From assembly GCA_965230925.1 (NCBI GenBank), contig OZ246403.1:3367-67366 (forward strand): a stretch of 64,000 bases of DNA. The letters are read 5' to 3'. Below are positions 52,068-61,142 of the stretch, in pieces. Within the stretch, counting starts at the first letter, position 1. Every line of letters starts with the position of its first letter. This stretch comes from an uncultured Candidatus Saccharibacteria bacterium. Its GTDB lineage: Bacteria > Patescibacteriota > Minisyncoccia > Phycocordibacterales > JACOZG01. Under the pieces are notes generated by a model. The model was not told the origin of the DNA. It saw only the letters and a program-made list of their open reading frames with translations, and did not search any database. Position numbers and translations under genes: made by a program.

Positions 52068-52615
52068 GAGAAATCGAAATCAAATTGAGAGTAGATAATT
52101 TGGAAGAAGTTGCAAGTTTGCTCTTGGCGCGTGGTTGCGAACTTTCTTCACCTTTTCATCAGCATGACGTCACTTATACCAAGGGTGGAAGCACGGCTGA
52201 GTGGCAGGCATCGAAGGAGGGGCACACCGTGATGCGAATTAGACGTCTCGCGAACGGGACGCTCCTCGCTTATAAAGAGCAAAAACTTGGCGAAATGGAC
52301 AATATTGAACACGAAACCGAAGTTGGAGACGCTGATACCGCTCATCAAATTCTTCTCGCCCTAGGTTTTGTCCCTGGGGTAGAAGTGAAAAAGCTTCGCC
52401 GGAAAGGGAAATTGGGAGAATATGAAATTTGTTTAGACGAAGTTGAGGGACTGGGAACCTTTATCGAACTTGAGAAGCTTGCTCCAGAAGAGGTTGATGC
52501 TGAATTGGTGCGAGAGGAACTTTTTGCCACCTTAGAATCCCTTGGCCTTTCTCGCGACCGTGAAGAAAAACGTGGCTACGATACTCAGGTTTTTCAAAAA
52601 TTACAGGGAAAATGA
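52064..52615 (+). CDS. CYTH-domain protein (class IV adenylate cyclase-like)
   Basis: EIEIK (ExExK); MRIR; EHET; KLR; [16 protein letters not shown]; RGY. Confidence 0.88.
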   Translation: MREIEIKLRVDNLEEVASLLLARGCELSSPFHQHDVTYTKGGSTAEWQASKEGHTVMRIRRLANGTLLAYKEQKLGEMDNIEHETEVGDADTAHQILLALGFVPGVEVKKLRRKGKLGEYEICLDEVEGLGTFIELEKLAPEEVDAELVREELFATLESLGLSRDREEKRGYDTQVFQKLQGK

Positions 52616-52619
52616 AACT

Positions 52620-52841
52620 ATGACCGAAAAAATTAAACTCGGAACTTACGAACACTTTAAAGGTAAGCAGTATAGGGTGATTGGTGTAGCTAAAAACAGT
52701 GAGAATATCGAAGAAGAATTTGTGGTATATCAGGCGCTGTATGGTGAAAAGATGTTGTGGATTCGCCCTGTCGCAATGTTTTTAGAAAACGTTGATAAGC
52801 CGGAATACAAAGGTCCGCGATTCAAATATGTCGGAGAATAA
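52620..52841 (+). CDS. DUF1653 domain protein
   Basis: GTYEHFKGKQYRVIGVA..SE..E..VVYQALYGE..LW.RP..MF..V......RF. ATG at 52620. Confidence 0.85.
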   Translation: MTEKIKLGTYEHFKGKQYRVIGVAKNSENIEEEFVVYQALYGEKMLWIRPVAMFLENVDKPEYKGPRFKYVGE

Positions 52842-54606
52842 AGAAAATTTAACTTGGGACCTCTCGCCACTTTTTGCTGGTGACGATGATCCGAAGATTG
52901 AGGAAGCGAAGGCGGCAGCTAAAGCCGCGACGGAAGCGTTTGTGAAGAAGTGGAAAGACAGGGAAGATTATTTAAGCGACCCGGCAATTTTAAAAGAAGC
53001 GCTTGATGAATACGAGAATTGGCAGAGAAATCATGGCTACGCTTCGGCTGTGGGCTTCTATTTTTTTCTCCGACACTCTACCGACCAAAATAATTCTAGT
53101 CTAAAGGCCAAGAATCAACTTAGCCATGACCTTGCGGTTAATTTGGCCAATAAGATCCAGTTTTTCTTGCTGCGAATAGCTAAAATCCCTGAAGGTGAGC
53201 AATCAAAATTCCTAAATTATTCTGATCTAGGGCCGTATAAACATCTTTTGGAGCGCCTCTTTGCTGAAGCCAAGCACACCTTATCGGAAGCAGAAGAAAA
53301 GATTTTAAACCTCAAGGGTGATCCTGCTCACGGTGCCTGGAAGCGTATGACCGAGAGTTTCCTCGCTAAGGAGGAGCGTGATGGTAAAAATTTGGCAGAA
53401 CTAATGAGTTTAGTTGATAGTGAGGACTCGGCGGCGAGAGATCAAGCCGCCGCGTTCCTTAATGATATTTTTCTTAAACATCTAGACACCGGCGAGGCCG
53501 AGCTTAATGCCATTTTGCAAAACAAGAAAGTTGATGATGACCTCAGAGGCTTTACTAGGCCTGATGCTTCTCGTCATCTCTCGGACGACATGGATTCGGA
53601 GGTGGTTGACGCTATGCTTGAAGCGGTGTCTTCGCGTTTTGACCTTTCTGCCCGGTATTACGAGCTTAAGGCCAAACTTTTTGCCGTACCGCGCCTGAAA
53701 TACCATGAAAGAAATATTTCTTATGGCAAACTCAATCAGAAATATCCTTTTGCTGAAAGTGTTGCTTTGGTGGGGCGAGTTTTGGAACGGCTTGATCCCA
53801 AATTTAACCATATTTTCCAACGTTTTTTGGCCAAGCGCCAACTCGATGTTTACCCTAAGAAGGGGAAAGACGATGGCGCGTATTGTGCTTACGAACTCTT
53901 AATTAATCCAACCTATATTTTACTCAACCACACCGAGAGGTTTAGGGACGTGAAGACTCTAGCTCATGAAGTCGGTCATGGCATTAATCATGAGCTCAAC
54001 CGTGAGACGGCAAATGCTTTAAACTTCGGCACGCCCTTGTCTACGGCTGAGGTGGCGAGCACCTTCATGGAAGATTTTGTGCTTGAGGAGTTAATTGCAA
54101 CTGCGGATGAAGAAATGCGTCTCGCCATCATGATGATGAGGTTAAATAGTGAGGTTTCCACAATTTTTCGCCAGGTTGCTTGCTATCGTTTCGAGCAAGA
54201 GCTACATCGCGAAACACGGGCGCAAGGTTATTTGCCCAAAGAGAAAATTGGCGAAGTTTTCCAGAAACACATGAGAAGTTACATGGGTGAAGCGGTGGAG
54301 CAATCGTCAGGAGCCGAGAACTGGTGGTTGTATTGGAGTCATATTCGAAATTTTTTCTATGTTTATAGTTACGCGAGCGGTTTATTAATTTCAAAAGCCA
54401 TGCAAAAAGCGGTGCGGATCGACAAGAAATTTATCGAGAAAGTGAAAGAATTTCTCTCCGCTGGACTTTCTGATTCACCCAAGAATTTGTTTGCGAAAAT
54501 GGGGATTGATATTACTAAACCGGAGTTCTGGCGGGAGGGGTTAATGGAGATAGAAATGCTTCTTGACGAGACCGAAAAGCTGGCCCGCAAACTTAAGAAG
54601 ATTTAA
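52828..54606 (+). CDS. pepF: Oligoendopeptidase F (peptidase M3B)
   Basis: WDLSPL N-terminus; GK..GAYC; PTYILLN; TLAHEVGH (HExxH); AEVAS.F.E; W..SH...FYVYSYA.G. ATG at 52828. Confidence 0.85.
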   Translation: MSENKENLTWDLSPLFAGDDDPKIEEAKAAAKAATEAFVKKWKDREDYLSDPAILKEALDEYENWQRNHGYASAVGFYFFLRHSTDQNNSSLKAKNQLSHDLAVNLANKIQFFLLRIAKIPEGEQSKFLNYSDLGPYKHLLERLFAEAKHTLSEAEEKILNLKGDPAHGAWKRMTESFLAKEERDGKNLAELMSLVDSEDSAARDQAAAFLNDIFLKHLDTGEAELNAILQNKKVDDDLRGFTRPDASRHLSDDMDSEVVDAMLEAVSSRFDLSARYYELKAKLFAVPRLKYHERNISYGKLNQKYPFAESVALVGRVLERLDPKFNHIFQRFLAKRQLDVYPKKGKDDGAYCAYELLINPTYILLNHTERFRDVKTLAHEVGHGINHELNRETANALNFGTPLSTAEVASTFMEDFVLEELIATADEEMRLAIMMMRLNSEVSTIFRQVACYRFEQELHRETRAQGYLPKEKIGEVFQKHMRSYMGEAVEQSSGAENWWLYWSHIRNFFYVYSYASGLLISKAMQKAVRIDKKFIEKVKEFLSAGLSDSPKNLFAKMGIDITKPEFWREGLMEIEMLLDETEKLARKLKKI

Positions 54607-54613
54607 CTCGAAC

Positions 54614-54670
54614 TTATCCCCATTTGTTAGGATTTTTTCTCGGTAAAAGAGCTTAGTTTTTTGCTATAAT
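54614..54670 (+). promoter_or_regulatory. Near-DnaA box (TTATCCCCA) and extended -10 (TGCTATAAT) upstream of the second fibre gene
   Basis: Direct motif match. Confidence 0.55.
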
Positions 54671-54691
54671 TTAGGTCACAACTGAATATTG

Positions 54692-57600
54692 ATGAAGAGG
54701 TTTTTAGCCAAGAATATTTTTCTGTGTTTGGCAATCTGCGTCTTCGCTCTCGTGCTTACTCTTTTTCCGAGCAGGCAACTTTTTGCTGCTCCAAATTTAC
54801 AAATTAATTATCAAGGCAAGCTTACAGACTCAAGCGATGTGGCTGTTGCTGACGGTAATTACAGCATCGTTTTCCGCCTTTATACCGTAGCGAGCGGCGG
54901 ATCAAATATTTGGAGTGAGACTCAAACTGTGGCCGTAACCAACGGTCTTTTCAGTGTAATGCTTGGCACAACCACCAGTCTTGCGGCAATCGACTTCAAT
55001 CAAACCCTTTATCTTGGGGTAAATGTGGCCGCCGATGGCGAAATGACTCCACGAAAAGTTTTTGGCACGGTGCCAGCCGCTTTCGCTTCCACTTTTGTCA
55101 GCGGCTCAACCTCCACCCCATCATCTTTTGGCACCACCACGCCCATTGCTAATACTCAAGTAACCATTGAGGCCACCTCAACGACCGCGATTCCGTTAAA
55201 TATTAGAGCAAACGCTAGTCAATCAGCGAACTTGTTCCAAATTCAAAACGCCTCAGCATCCAATCTTCTTTATGTTAATTCTTCTGGTGGTTTGTTCGCC
55301 TCTTCCACCCTTCAAGTTACTGGCAATAGCACCTTTTATTCCTCAATCACTGGAACAAGTTTGACCCTTAGCGCCACCGGCACCGCCGCCTCCCTTGGTG
55401 TGGGTACTACCACTCCTTGGGGGCGCTTCTCAGTGGAGCTAGATACTTATAATCCCGCTTTTGTGGTTTCTAACCAAGGTTCTTCAACGCCAACGCTTTA
55501 CATCGGTGGTGTAAACCAGAATGGCAATATCGGCATTGGCACCACGACACCAAGCGAGAAGCTCGCCCTCTATGATGGTAATTTCCTCCAATCACCAGGT
55601 AATCCGCGTCTTGTTGGAACAATAACGAGCAGCAATACCAACATGAACGATGTGGCTGTGCAGGGAAAATATGCCTACGCAATTAGCGGCACAAGCCGGC
55701 TCTATGTTTACGATGTGTCTAATTCTGCGTCCCCGGCGCTTGTTGGTTCTTCCGCCGCTTTGGCTGGAGATGCTGTGGTTGTGGCTGGGCGTTATGCGTA
55801 TACAGTCGATGCATCGGGGGGCACTTTTAGAATCTTTGATGTTTATAATCCAAGTAACCCCGTTCTTGTTTCTTCTCTTTCTACTGGTGCTTTTTCTTCA
55901 CCGCGGGATCTTGTGGTTTCTGGTTCCTATGCTTATGTTGGGGCTTCTGGTGGACTTATGATTATCAACGTAGGGAACCCCGGAAAACCAGTTACTGTTG
56001 CTACGGCCGCCGCCGGTGCCGACATTGATAATGTGAGAATCCAGGGTAATTATGTTTACCTTTACGATGATGGTTCTGGGGGAACAAACATTATTGATGT
56101 TTCTAACCCAACTAATCCATCGTACATTACTCAGATCGGCACAGCTTCAACCCACGATGTTTCAGGGCGTTATTTTTATGTCGCGGACGATGTTAGCCAG
56201 CAATTCCAGATTTATGATATCTCTAATCCCGCTTCTGCTTCTTTGGTTGGTTCGATAAGTAGTGCCGTAAGTTCAACAGCGCACAACGGAGAACTCATTG
56301 TGGCTGGTCGTTACGTTTACCTTGCTGACCCTGGTAATGACACGATAAAAGTTTTTGACGTGGCTTCCTCCACGGCCCCGGTTCTTGTTGGCTCAACCAG
56401 CGTCACTGGAACTGATTCCCTATCTCTCGCGGTGGCGGGGCGCCATCTCTATGTTCTCAACGACAACTCCGCTGCCAATACCAGCCTTTCCATTTTTGAT
56501 ATTTCCGGTGTTGAAGCCGCTTCGCTTACGGCGCACTCTCTTGAAGCGGGTCGTCTGCAAGTTCGAGAATCGGCCGCCATTCAAGGTTCACTTTCTGTTA
56601 GCACTTCGCTACAAGTTGGAACCGGCGGCATCTTCAGTGCCGGACCAATTGCTGTTAGTGTGGCCTCTTCTACCGAGGGTAGCCCCGTTTCGGCCTCCTT
56701 CCAGGGTCGAGTTTCAATAGGCACTTCAACCCCGTCTTCAATTTTAACTATTTGGGGGCAAAGTACTGGCTCGACCCCTAATCTCATTATTGCCAATAGC
56801 GCTTCCACCACTCTGTTCACGGTTTTAGACAGTGGTAATGTCGGCATCGGCACTACCTCTCCTTACGCTAAGCTGTCGGTGTTAGGAGAAACAGTGTCGA
56901 CTTATTTTACCGCCACCTCTACTACGGCAACATCTACCTTCGCTGGCGGTTTAAGTGTGGGTACTAATTCTAGTGTTGCCAATTTTACTTTGTCTAATGC
57001 AATTGACAATAGTTTTCCTGTCGCTTTTATCTACCGCAGTGATTCTGGGCAAGATGTTGGCATTGACGAGGAACTTGGGGCGATTTATTTCGATAGTAAT
57101 GATGGTGGAGTAAGTTCCGTTGACGCTTCTGTCGTTCTAAAAAGTTTTGCTTCTGGTGGCCACACCACAACCAGAAAAGGTGGGTATTTCACTATTTCAA
57201 CCAAGCCATACGGAGCGTCAAATAATGCTTCTGCTGCTACCGAGAGGTTTAGAATTACTGATACTGGCAGTGTTGGTATCGGCACTACCTCTCCTTACGC
57301 TAAACTTTCAGTGGTTGGTCCGGTCGTTGCCGAATATTTTCATGCTACTTCTACTACCGCCACCTCCACTTTCAGTGGGGCTATCGCCTTGCCTGCCACC
57401 ACGGCTGCTGGCGCCGGAGTCGTTACTGTTGCTGGGACAAGGTTTTTGCATAATTACGGTACGGGTAGTGTGTTTTTGGGCTCCGAGGCCGGGAATCTTA
57501 CTAGTAGCGGTTTTGGGCAAAACGTTGGTGTTGGTTACCAGTCCCTAACCCAAGTAACTACAGGATATCAAAACACTGCCGTTGGCTATGATTCCATGTC

Positions 57601-59992
57601 TGGAATTTCTACCCATCAGGGGAATACGGCAATTGGTACCGGATCAATGAGTGGTTATACCGGGTCTGGTAGTGTTGCCGTTGGCTTGTCGGCCCTCTCC
57701 TCTGCTTCTGGTAACAACAACATAGCGATTGGTTCTACTTCGCTTAATTCTAATTCGGGGACTAATAATATTGGTCTCGGTACTAGTATTTTTACTACCA
57801 ACACAGGCTCCTACAATATTGGTTTGGGAGAAAACGTGTTGGACACTAATTCCGGCTCTAGAAACATTGCCATCGATGGCCTTGTTACTGGTTTTGGAAA
57901 CAGTGGTTCTTATAACCTTGCTCTTGGTGAGGGCTCTCTTAGCACTTCTGCTACACAGTCAGGTTCCTTCAATATCGCCTTGGGGGCAAACGCACTAAAC
58001 GCAAACACAAGTGGCGCGAGCTCTACGGCCATTGGTTACTACGCCCTTGGGGCCAACACCACGGGTGCCTCCAGTACGGCTGTGGGTATTAATGCCGGTC
58101 GAATCAACACCACCGGTAGCAAACTTACCTTTCTCGGCGCAAACTCGGGCTATACCGGTTCTTCTGACGGTCTCACCAATGCCACGGCTATTGGCTTCAA
58201 CGCGCAAGTTACGCGGAGTAATAGTGTAATTCTTGGTGGCACCGGCTCCGATCAGGTTAATGTTGGTATCGGCACCACTTCTCCTTACGCTCGACTCTCG
58301 GTGGTTGGGGAAACTGTTTCTAGTTATTTTACAGCCACATCAACGAGCAACAATTCTTCCTTTGCTGGTAATGTCGGCGTCGGTACCACCTCACCTTATG
58401 CCAATTTGTCAGTTTCTACTTCTGATACTACCGATGATATCGCGGTTATTTACGGTTCCTCCCTTACCACTGGCTCTGCTCTTGTGCTCAACGGTCCCTC
58501 CGATGCCACGGCGGGGGTTACCGATTCTTTGTTTAAGGTGAGCGGGGATGTTGGCACCACTACCAGCACTGGACTTATAAGTTCCAACGCCATATTCGAC
58601 AACAACTCCAACTATTCTACTTCAATTAACATTTTTGCTTCTACTACGAACACCATGTCCGGTGCAACCAACGTCGGGTCGGGCGCCTACGGTATTTATA
58701 ATTCCATAAATTCTACGGCCACAGACTACCCAAGTCTCGCCGTTATTAGACAGTACGGCATATTTAGTTCTAGTACCAAGTATGTTGATGATGATTCTGT
58801 TAATTTTAATAATTACGCTGTTTATGGTACAGCCACTAACCTAAACGAAAGTGGTGGCAATCCTTATGCTTATGGCGGTTACTTTACCGCTCTCAACGAT
58901 ACGGGCGGCACTGAATCTCGGGCATATGGTGTTTATGCTGATGGCTCTGGTGGGGACACAAATTACGGTCTTTATGCCGTGGCTTCCGGTGCCGGTAGCA
59001 ATAATTATGCTATCTATGCTACTGCCTCCGACGCTACCAACAATTATGCTGGCTATTTCAATGCCGGAAATGTTTATGTAAATAGTGGCAACCTTGGAGT
59101 CGGCACTAGTTCACCGTGGCGGAAGTTGTCGGTAGACGGGACGGTTGGCTTTGCTAATTTAACCACCAATGTGGGTGCAGCAGCCGCTTCTCTTTGCCTG
59201 TCTTCTACTAATGAGGTTACCCGAAACACAGAGAACGAAACTTGCCTTACTTCTTCAGAGCGCTATAAACACAACATTGAGTCTTTGGCGGCCGGGTCCG
59301 CTCTAGAGACCTTGCTTCAGTTGCGTCCTGTTACTTTTGAATACAACAATGCTCCCGGAACAAGATATGGTCTCATTGCCGAAGAGGTTGAAGATGTTGA
59401 TGACTTGCTTGTCAGTTACGACGATGAGGGTTTGGCTCATGGTGTTCGCTATGTGACCATGGTCCCTCTCCTTACTCAAGCAATCCAAGAACTTTCAGCT
59501 CGTTTGGATGAGAATATTGCTGGGGGTCAGATTAATCCAGTAATTATGAGTAGTAACTTTGACCCAGACAACCTGGTTGCCCTACGTCAGGCTGCTGGGA
59601 ATTGGAGCCTTGATGAGAATGGTTTGTTGTTTGTGAAAGAGGTTCATGCGGAGAAGTTGTGTCTTGGTGACGTGTGTGTAGATGAGAGTGATTTGCGTTC
59701 GCTCTTGCGCAAGAATGATTTACTCGATGAAGATAACGAGAATCATGGTGGTAACAACGAAGAGGAGGAACCTGAACAGAATGAAGATATTGATGATGAA
59801 GAAAATGATGAGGAGGAACCAACAGAAAACGAAGAAGAAAATCAAGATGAACCAGAAGTGATCGAAGAACCAGAGGTAACAGAAGAACCGGCCGATGATC
59901 CGCCGGCAGAAGATGAGACTCCGAGCGAACCAGATCCGGAGCCTGAACCAGAACCTGAGCCCGAGTTGCCGGAAGGAGACGGTGGGGTATAA
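54692..59992 (+). CDS. Second secreted fibre/adhesin (~1766 aa) with LVIVD beta-propeller repeats, NTAVG-type beta-helix repeats and peptidase S74 chaperone
   Basis: Signal peptide; INYQGKL domain; V.G.YAY..IYDVSNP..P.LV repeats (~55600-56510); N.A.G..L repeats (~57450-58260); SSERYKHNI..LRPVTFEY..YGLIAEEV; acidic Pro-rich tail. Confidence 0.85.
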   Translation: MKRFLAKNIFLCLAICVFALVLTLFPSRQLFAAPNLQINYQGKLTDSSDVAVADGNYSIVFRLYTVASGGSNIWSETQTVAVTNGLFSVMLGTTTSLAAIDFNQTLYLGVNVAADGEMTPRKVFGTVPAAFASTFVSGSTSTPSSFGTTTPIANTQVTIEATSTTAIPLNIRANASQSANLFQIQNASASNLLYVNSSGGLFASSTLQVTGNSTFYSSITGTSLTLSATGTAASLGVGTTTPWGRFSVELDTYNPAFVVSNQGSSTPTLYIGGVNQNGNIGIGTTTPSEKLALYDGNFLQSPGNPRLVGTITSSNTNMNDVAVQGKYAYAISGTSRLYVYDVSNSASPALVGSSAALAGDAVVVAGRYAYTVDASGGTFRIFDVYNPSNPVLVSSLSTGAFSSPRDLVVSGSYAYVGASGGLMIINVGNPGKPVTVATAAAGADIDNVRIQGNYVYLYDDGSGGTNIIDVSNPTNPSYITQIGTASTHDVSGRYFYVADDVSQQFQIYDISNPASASLVGSISSAVSSTAHNGELIVAGRYVYLADPGNDTIKVFDVASSTAPVLVGSTSVTGTDSLSLAVAGRHLYVLNDNSAANTSLSIFDISGVEAASLTAHSLEAGRLQVRESAAIQGSLSVSTSLQVGTGGIFSAGPIAVSVASSTEGSPVSASFQGRVSIGTSTPSSILTIWGQSTGSTPNLIIANSASTTLFTVLDSGNVGIGTTSPYAKLSVLGETVSTYFTATSTTATSTFAGGLSVGTNSSVANFTLSNAIDNSFPVAFIYRSDSGQDVGIDEELGAIYFDSNDGGVSSVDASVVLKSFASGGHTTTRKGGYFTISTKPYGASNNASAATERFRITDTGSVGIGTTSPYAKLSVVGPVVAEYFHATSTTATSTFSGAIALPATTAAGAGVVTVAGTRFLHNYGTGSVFLGSEAGNLTSSGFGQNVGVGYQSLTQVTTGYQNTAVGYDSMSGISTHQGNTAIGTGSMSGYTGSGSVAVGLSALSSASGNNNIAIGSTSLNSNSGTNNIGLGTSIFTTNTGSYNIGLGENVLDTNSGSRNIAIDGLVTGFGNSGSYNLALGEGSLSTSATQSGSFNIALGANALNANTSGASSTAIGYYALGANTTGASSTAVGINAGRINTTGSKLTFLGANSGYTGSSDGLTNATAIGFNAQVTRSNSVILGGTGSDQVNVGIGTTSPYARLSVVGETVSSYFTATSTSNNSSFAGNVGVGTTSPYANLSVSTSDTTDDIAVIYGSSLTTGSALVLNGPSDATAGVTDSLFKVSGDVGTTTSTGLISSNAIFDNNSNYSTSINIFASTTNTMSGATNVGSGAYGIYNSINSTATDYPSLAVIRQYGIFSSSTKYVDDDSVNFNNYAVYGTATNLNESGGNPYAYGGYFTALNDTGGTESRAYGVYADGSGGDTNYGLYAVASGAGSNNYAIYATASDATNNYAGYFNAGNVYVNSGNLGVGTSSPWRKLSVDGTVGFANLTTNVGAAAASLCLSSTNEVTRNTENETCLTSSERYKHNIESLAAGSALETLLQLRPVTFEYNNAPGTRYGLIAEEVEDVDDLLVSYDDEGLAHGVRYVTMVPLLTQAIQELSARLDENIAGGQINPVIMSSNFDPDNLVALRQAAGNWSLDENGLLFVKEVHAEKLCLGDVCVDESDLRSLLRKNDLLDEDNENHGGNNEEEEPEQNEDIDDEENDEEEPTENEEENQDEPEVIEEPEVTEEPADDPPAEDETPSEPDPEPEPEPEPELPEGDGGV

Positions 59993-60022
59993 TATCAGCA
60001 GTAATAAATTATTCAAATAACT

Positions 60023-61117
60023 ATGAATGATATGAACATAAAACAATTACCAGCCTTGTTTGTTACGGCGGGCTTACTAATTTTGGTTATTTTTTCGGTC
60101 GGAAGAGCTTCTAGTCCTATCCCAGAAGATTCCCCCTATGGGGCGGCCGTTTCTGAAATAAACGCATCCAATAAAGACGTGCTTTCTCCGGCCAATTATT
60201 CATACTTACCGCCGGGCACAAACAATCAAACTTTGCGTCACAATGGTCGTGGATGGGTCAGTTCTAGTAATCTTTCTAATGACGGTAGAAATGTTTCTTT
60301 GACAGGGAACTTGTTTCTTCCTAATACGACCACTGATGGCGAGGGAACGGATCTTTCCGGTGTAATCAAGGTGGGTGGTAGCCGGTTTCTTCATTCTTAC
60401 GGATCAGAAAACACTTTTTTGGGTATAAATGCTGGAAATTTTGGCATGGTTGGTGGCGGAAATACCGCCATTGGAACCAATGTTTTGTCCCAAAACAATT
60501 TTGGTGGTAGTAATACGGCGGTCGGGGCCCTTTCTTTGAGTGAAACTTCGGGCGGGGACAGGAACTCAGCCTTTGGATATCGCGCCTTGAAAAAAACTGG
60601 TGGTTTAGCCAATTCTGCGTTTGGTGCTTATGTCATGGAATCAAATGTGACCGGTAGCGAAAACACCGCCATGGGTGAACGTGCTTTGTATTTAAATGTT
60701 AACGGCAGTGGAAACACCGCTGTAGGTAAAAGGTCCTTGAATGTAAATTTGGGGGATATGAATACTGCCGTCGGTCATCATTCTGGGCTATCCAATAATG
60801 GGGGAAGTAAAAATACTTTTTTGGGCTATGGAGCAGGGGCTAGCTCTGCTTCTAACCTAATAAACGCCACAGCAATTGGTTACAACGCTCAGGTTGAGCA
60901 GAACAACACTCTTGTGTTGGGTGGAACCAGTGAAGATGCGGTGAAGGTTGGTATCGGCACCGCTGTACCTAGAGCCGAACTTGATGTGGTGGGAGAAGTA
61001 AGGATTTCTAGTGTTAGTGGTGATGGAACAGGGAAGTTGCTTTGTGTGAAGCCGGAGGGAACAATCGGCACATGTTCTAATGCTCCAGACACAAGCGGTT
61101 CCTGCTCCTGTAATTAG
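60023..61117 (+). CDS. Small fibre-like secreted/anchored protein with NTAxG beta-helix repeats and Cys-rich C-terminus, no S74
   Basis: Hydrophobic N-terminus; RFLHSYG..FLG..AGN through LINATAIGYNAQV..VLGG..VGIGT is homologous to the segment in the upstream fibre; four Cys at the end. Confidence 0.75.
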   Translation: MNDMNIKQLPALFVTAGLLILVIFSVGRASSPIPEDSPYGAAVSEINASNKDVLSPANYSYLPPGTNNQTLRHNGRGWVSSSNLSNDGRNVSLTGNLFLPNTTTDGEGTDLSGVIKVGGSRFLHSYGSENTFLGINAGNFGMVGGGNTAIGTNVLSQNNFGGSNTAVGALSLSETSGGDRNSAFGYRALKKTGGLANSAFGAYVMESNVTGSENTAMGERALYLNVNGSGNTAVGKRSLNVNLGDMNTAVGHHSGLSNNGGSKNTFLGYGAGASSASNLINATAIGYNAQVEQNNTLVLGGTSEDAVKVGIGTAVPRAELDVVGEVRISSVSGDGTGKLLCVKPEGTIGTCSNAPDTSGSCSCN

Positions 61118-61142
61118 ATTCGTTTTTTAACCCAAAAATAAA

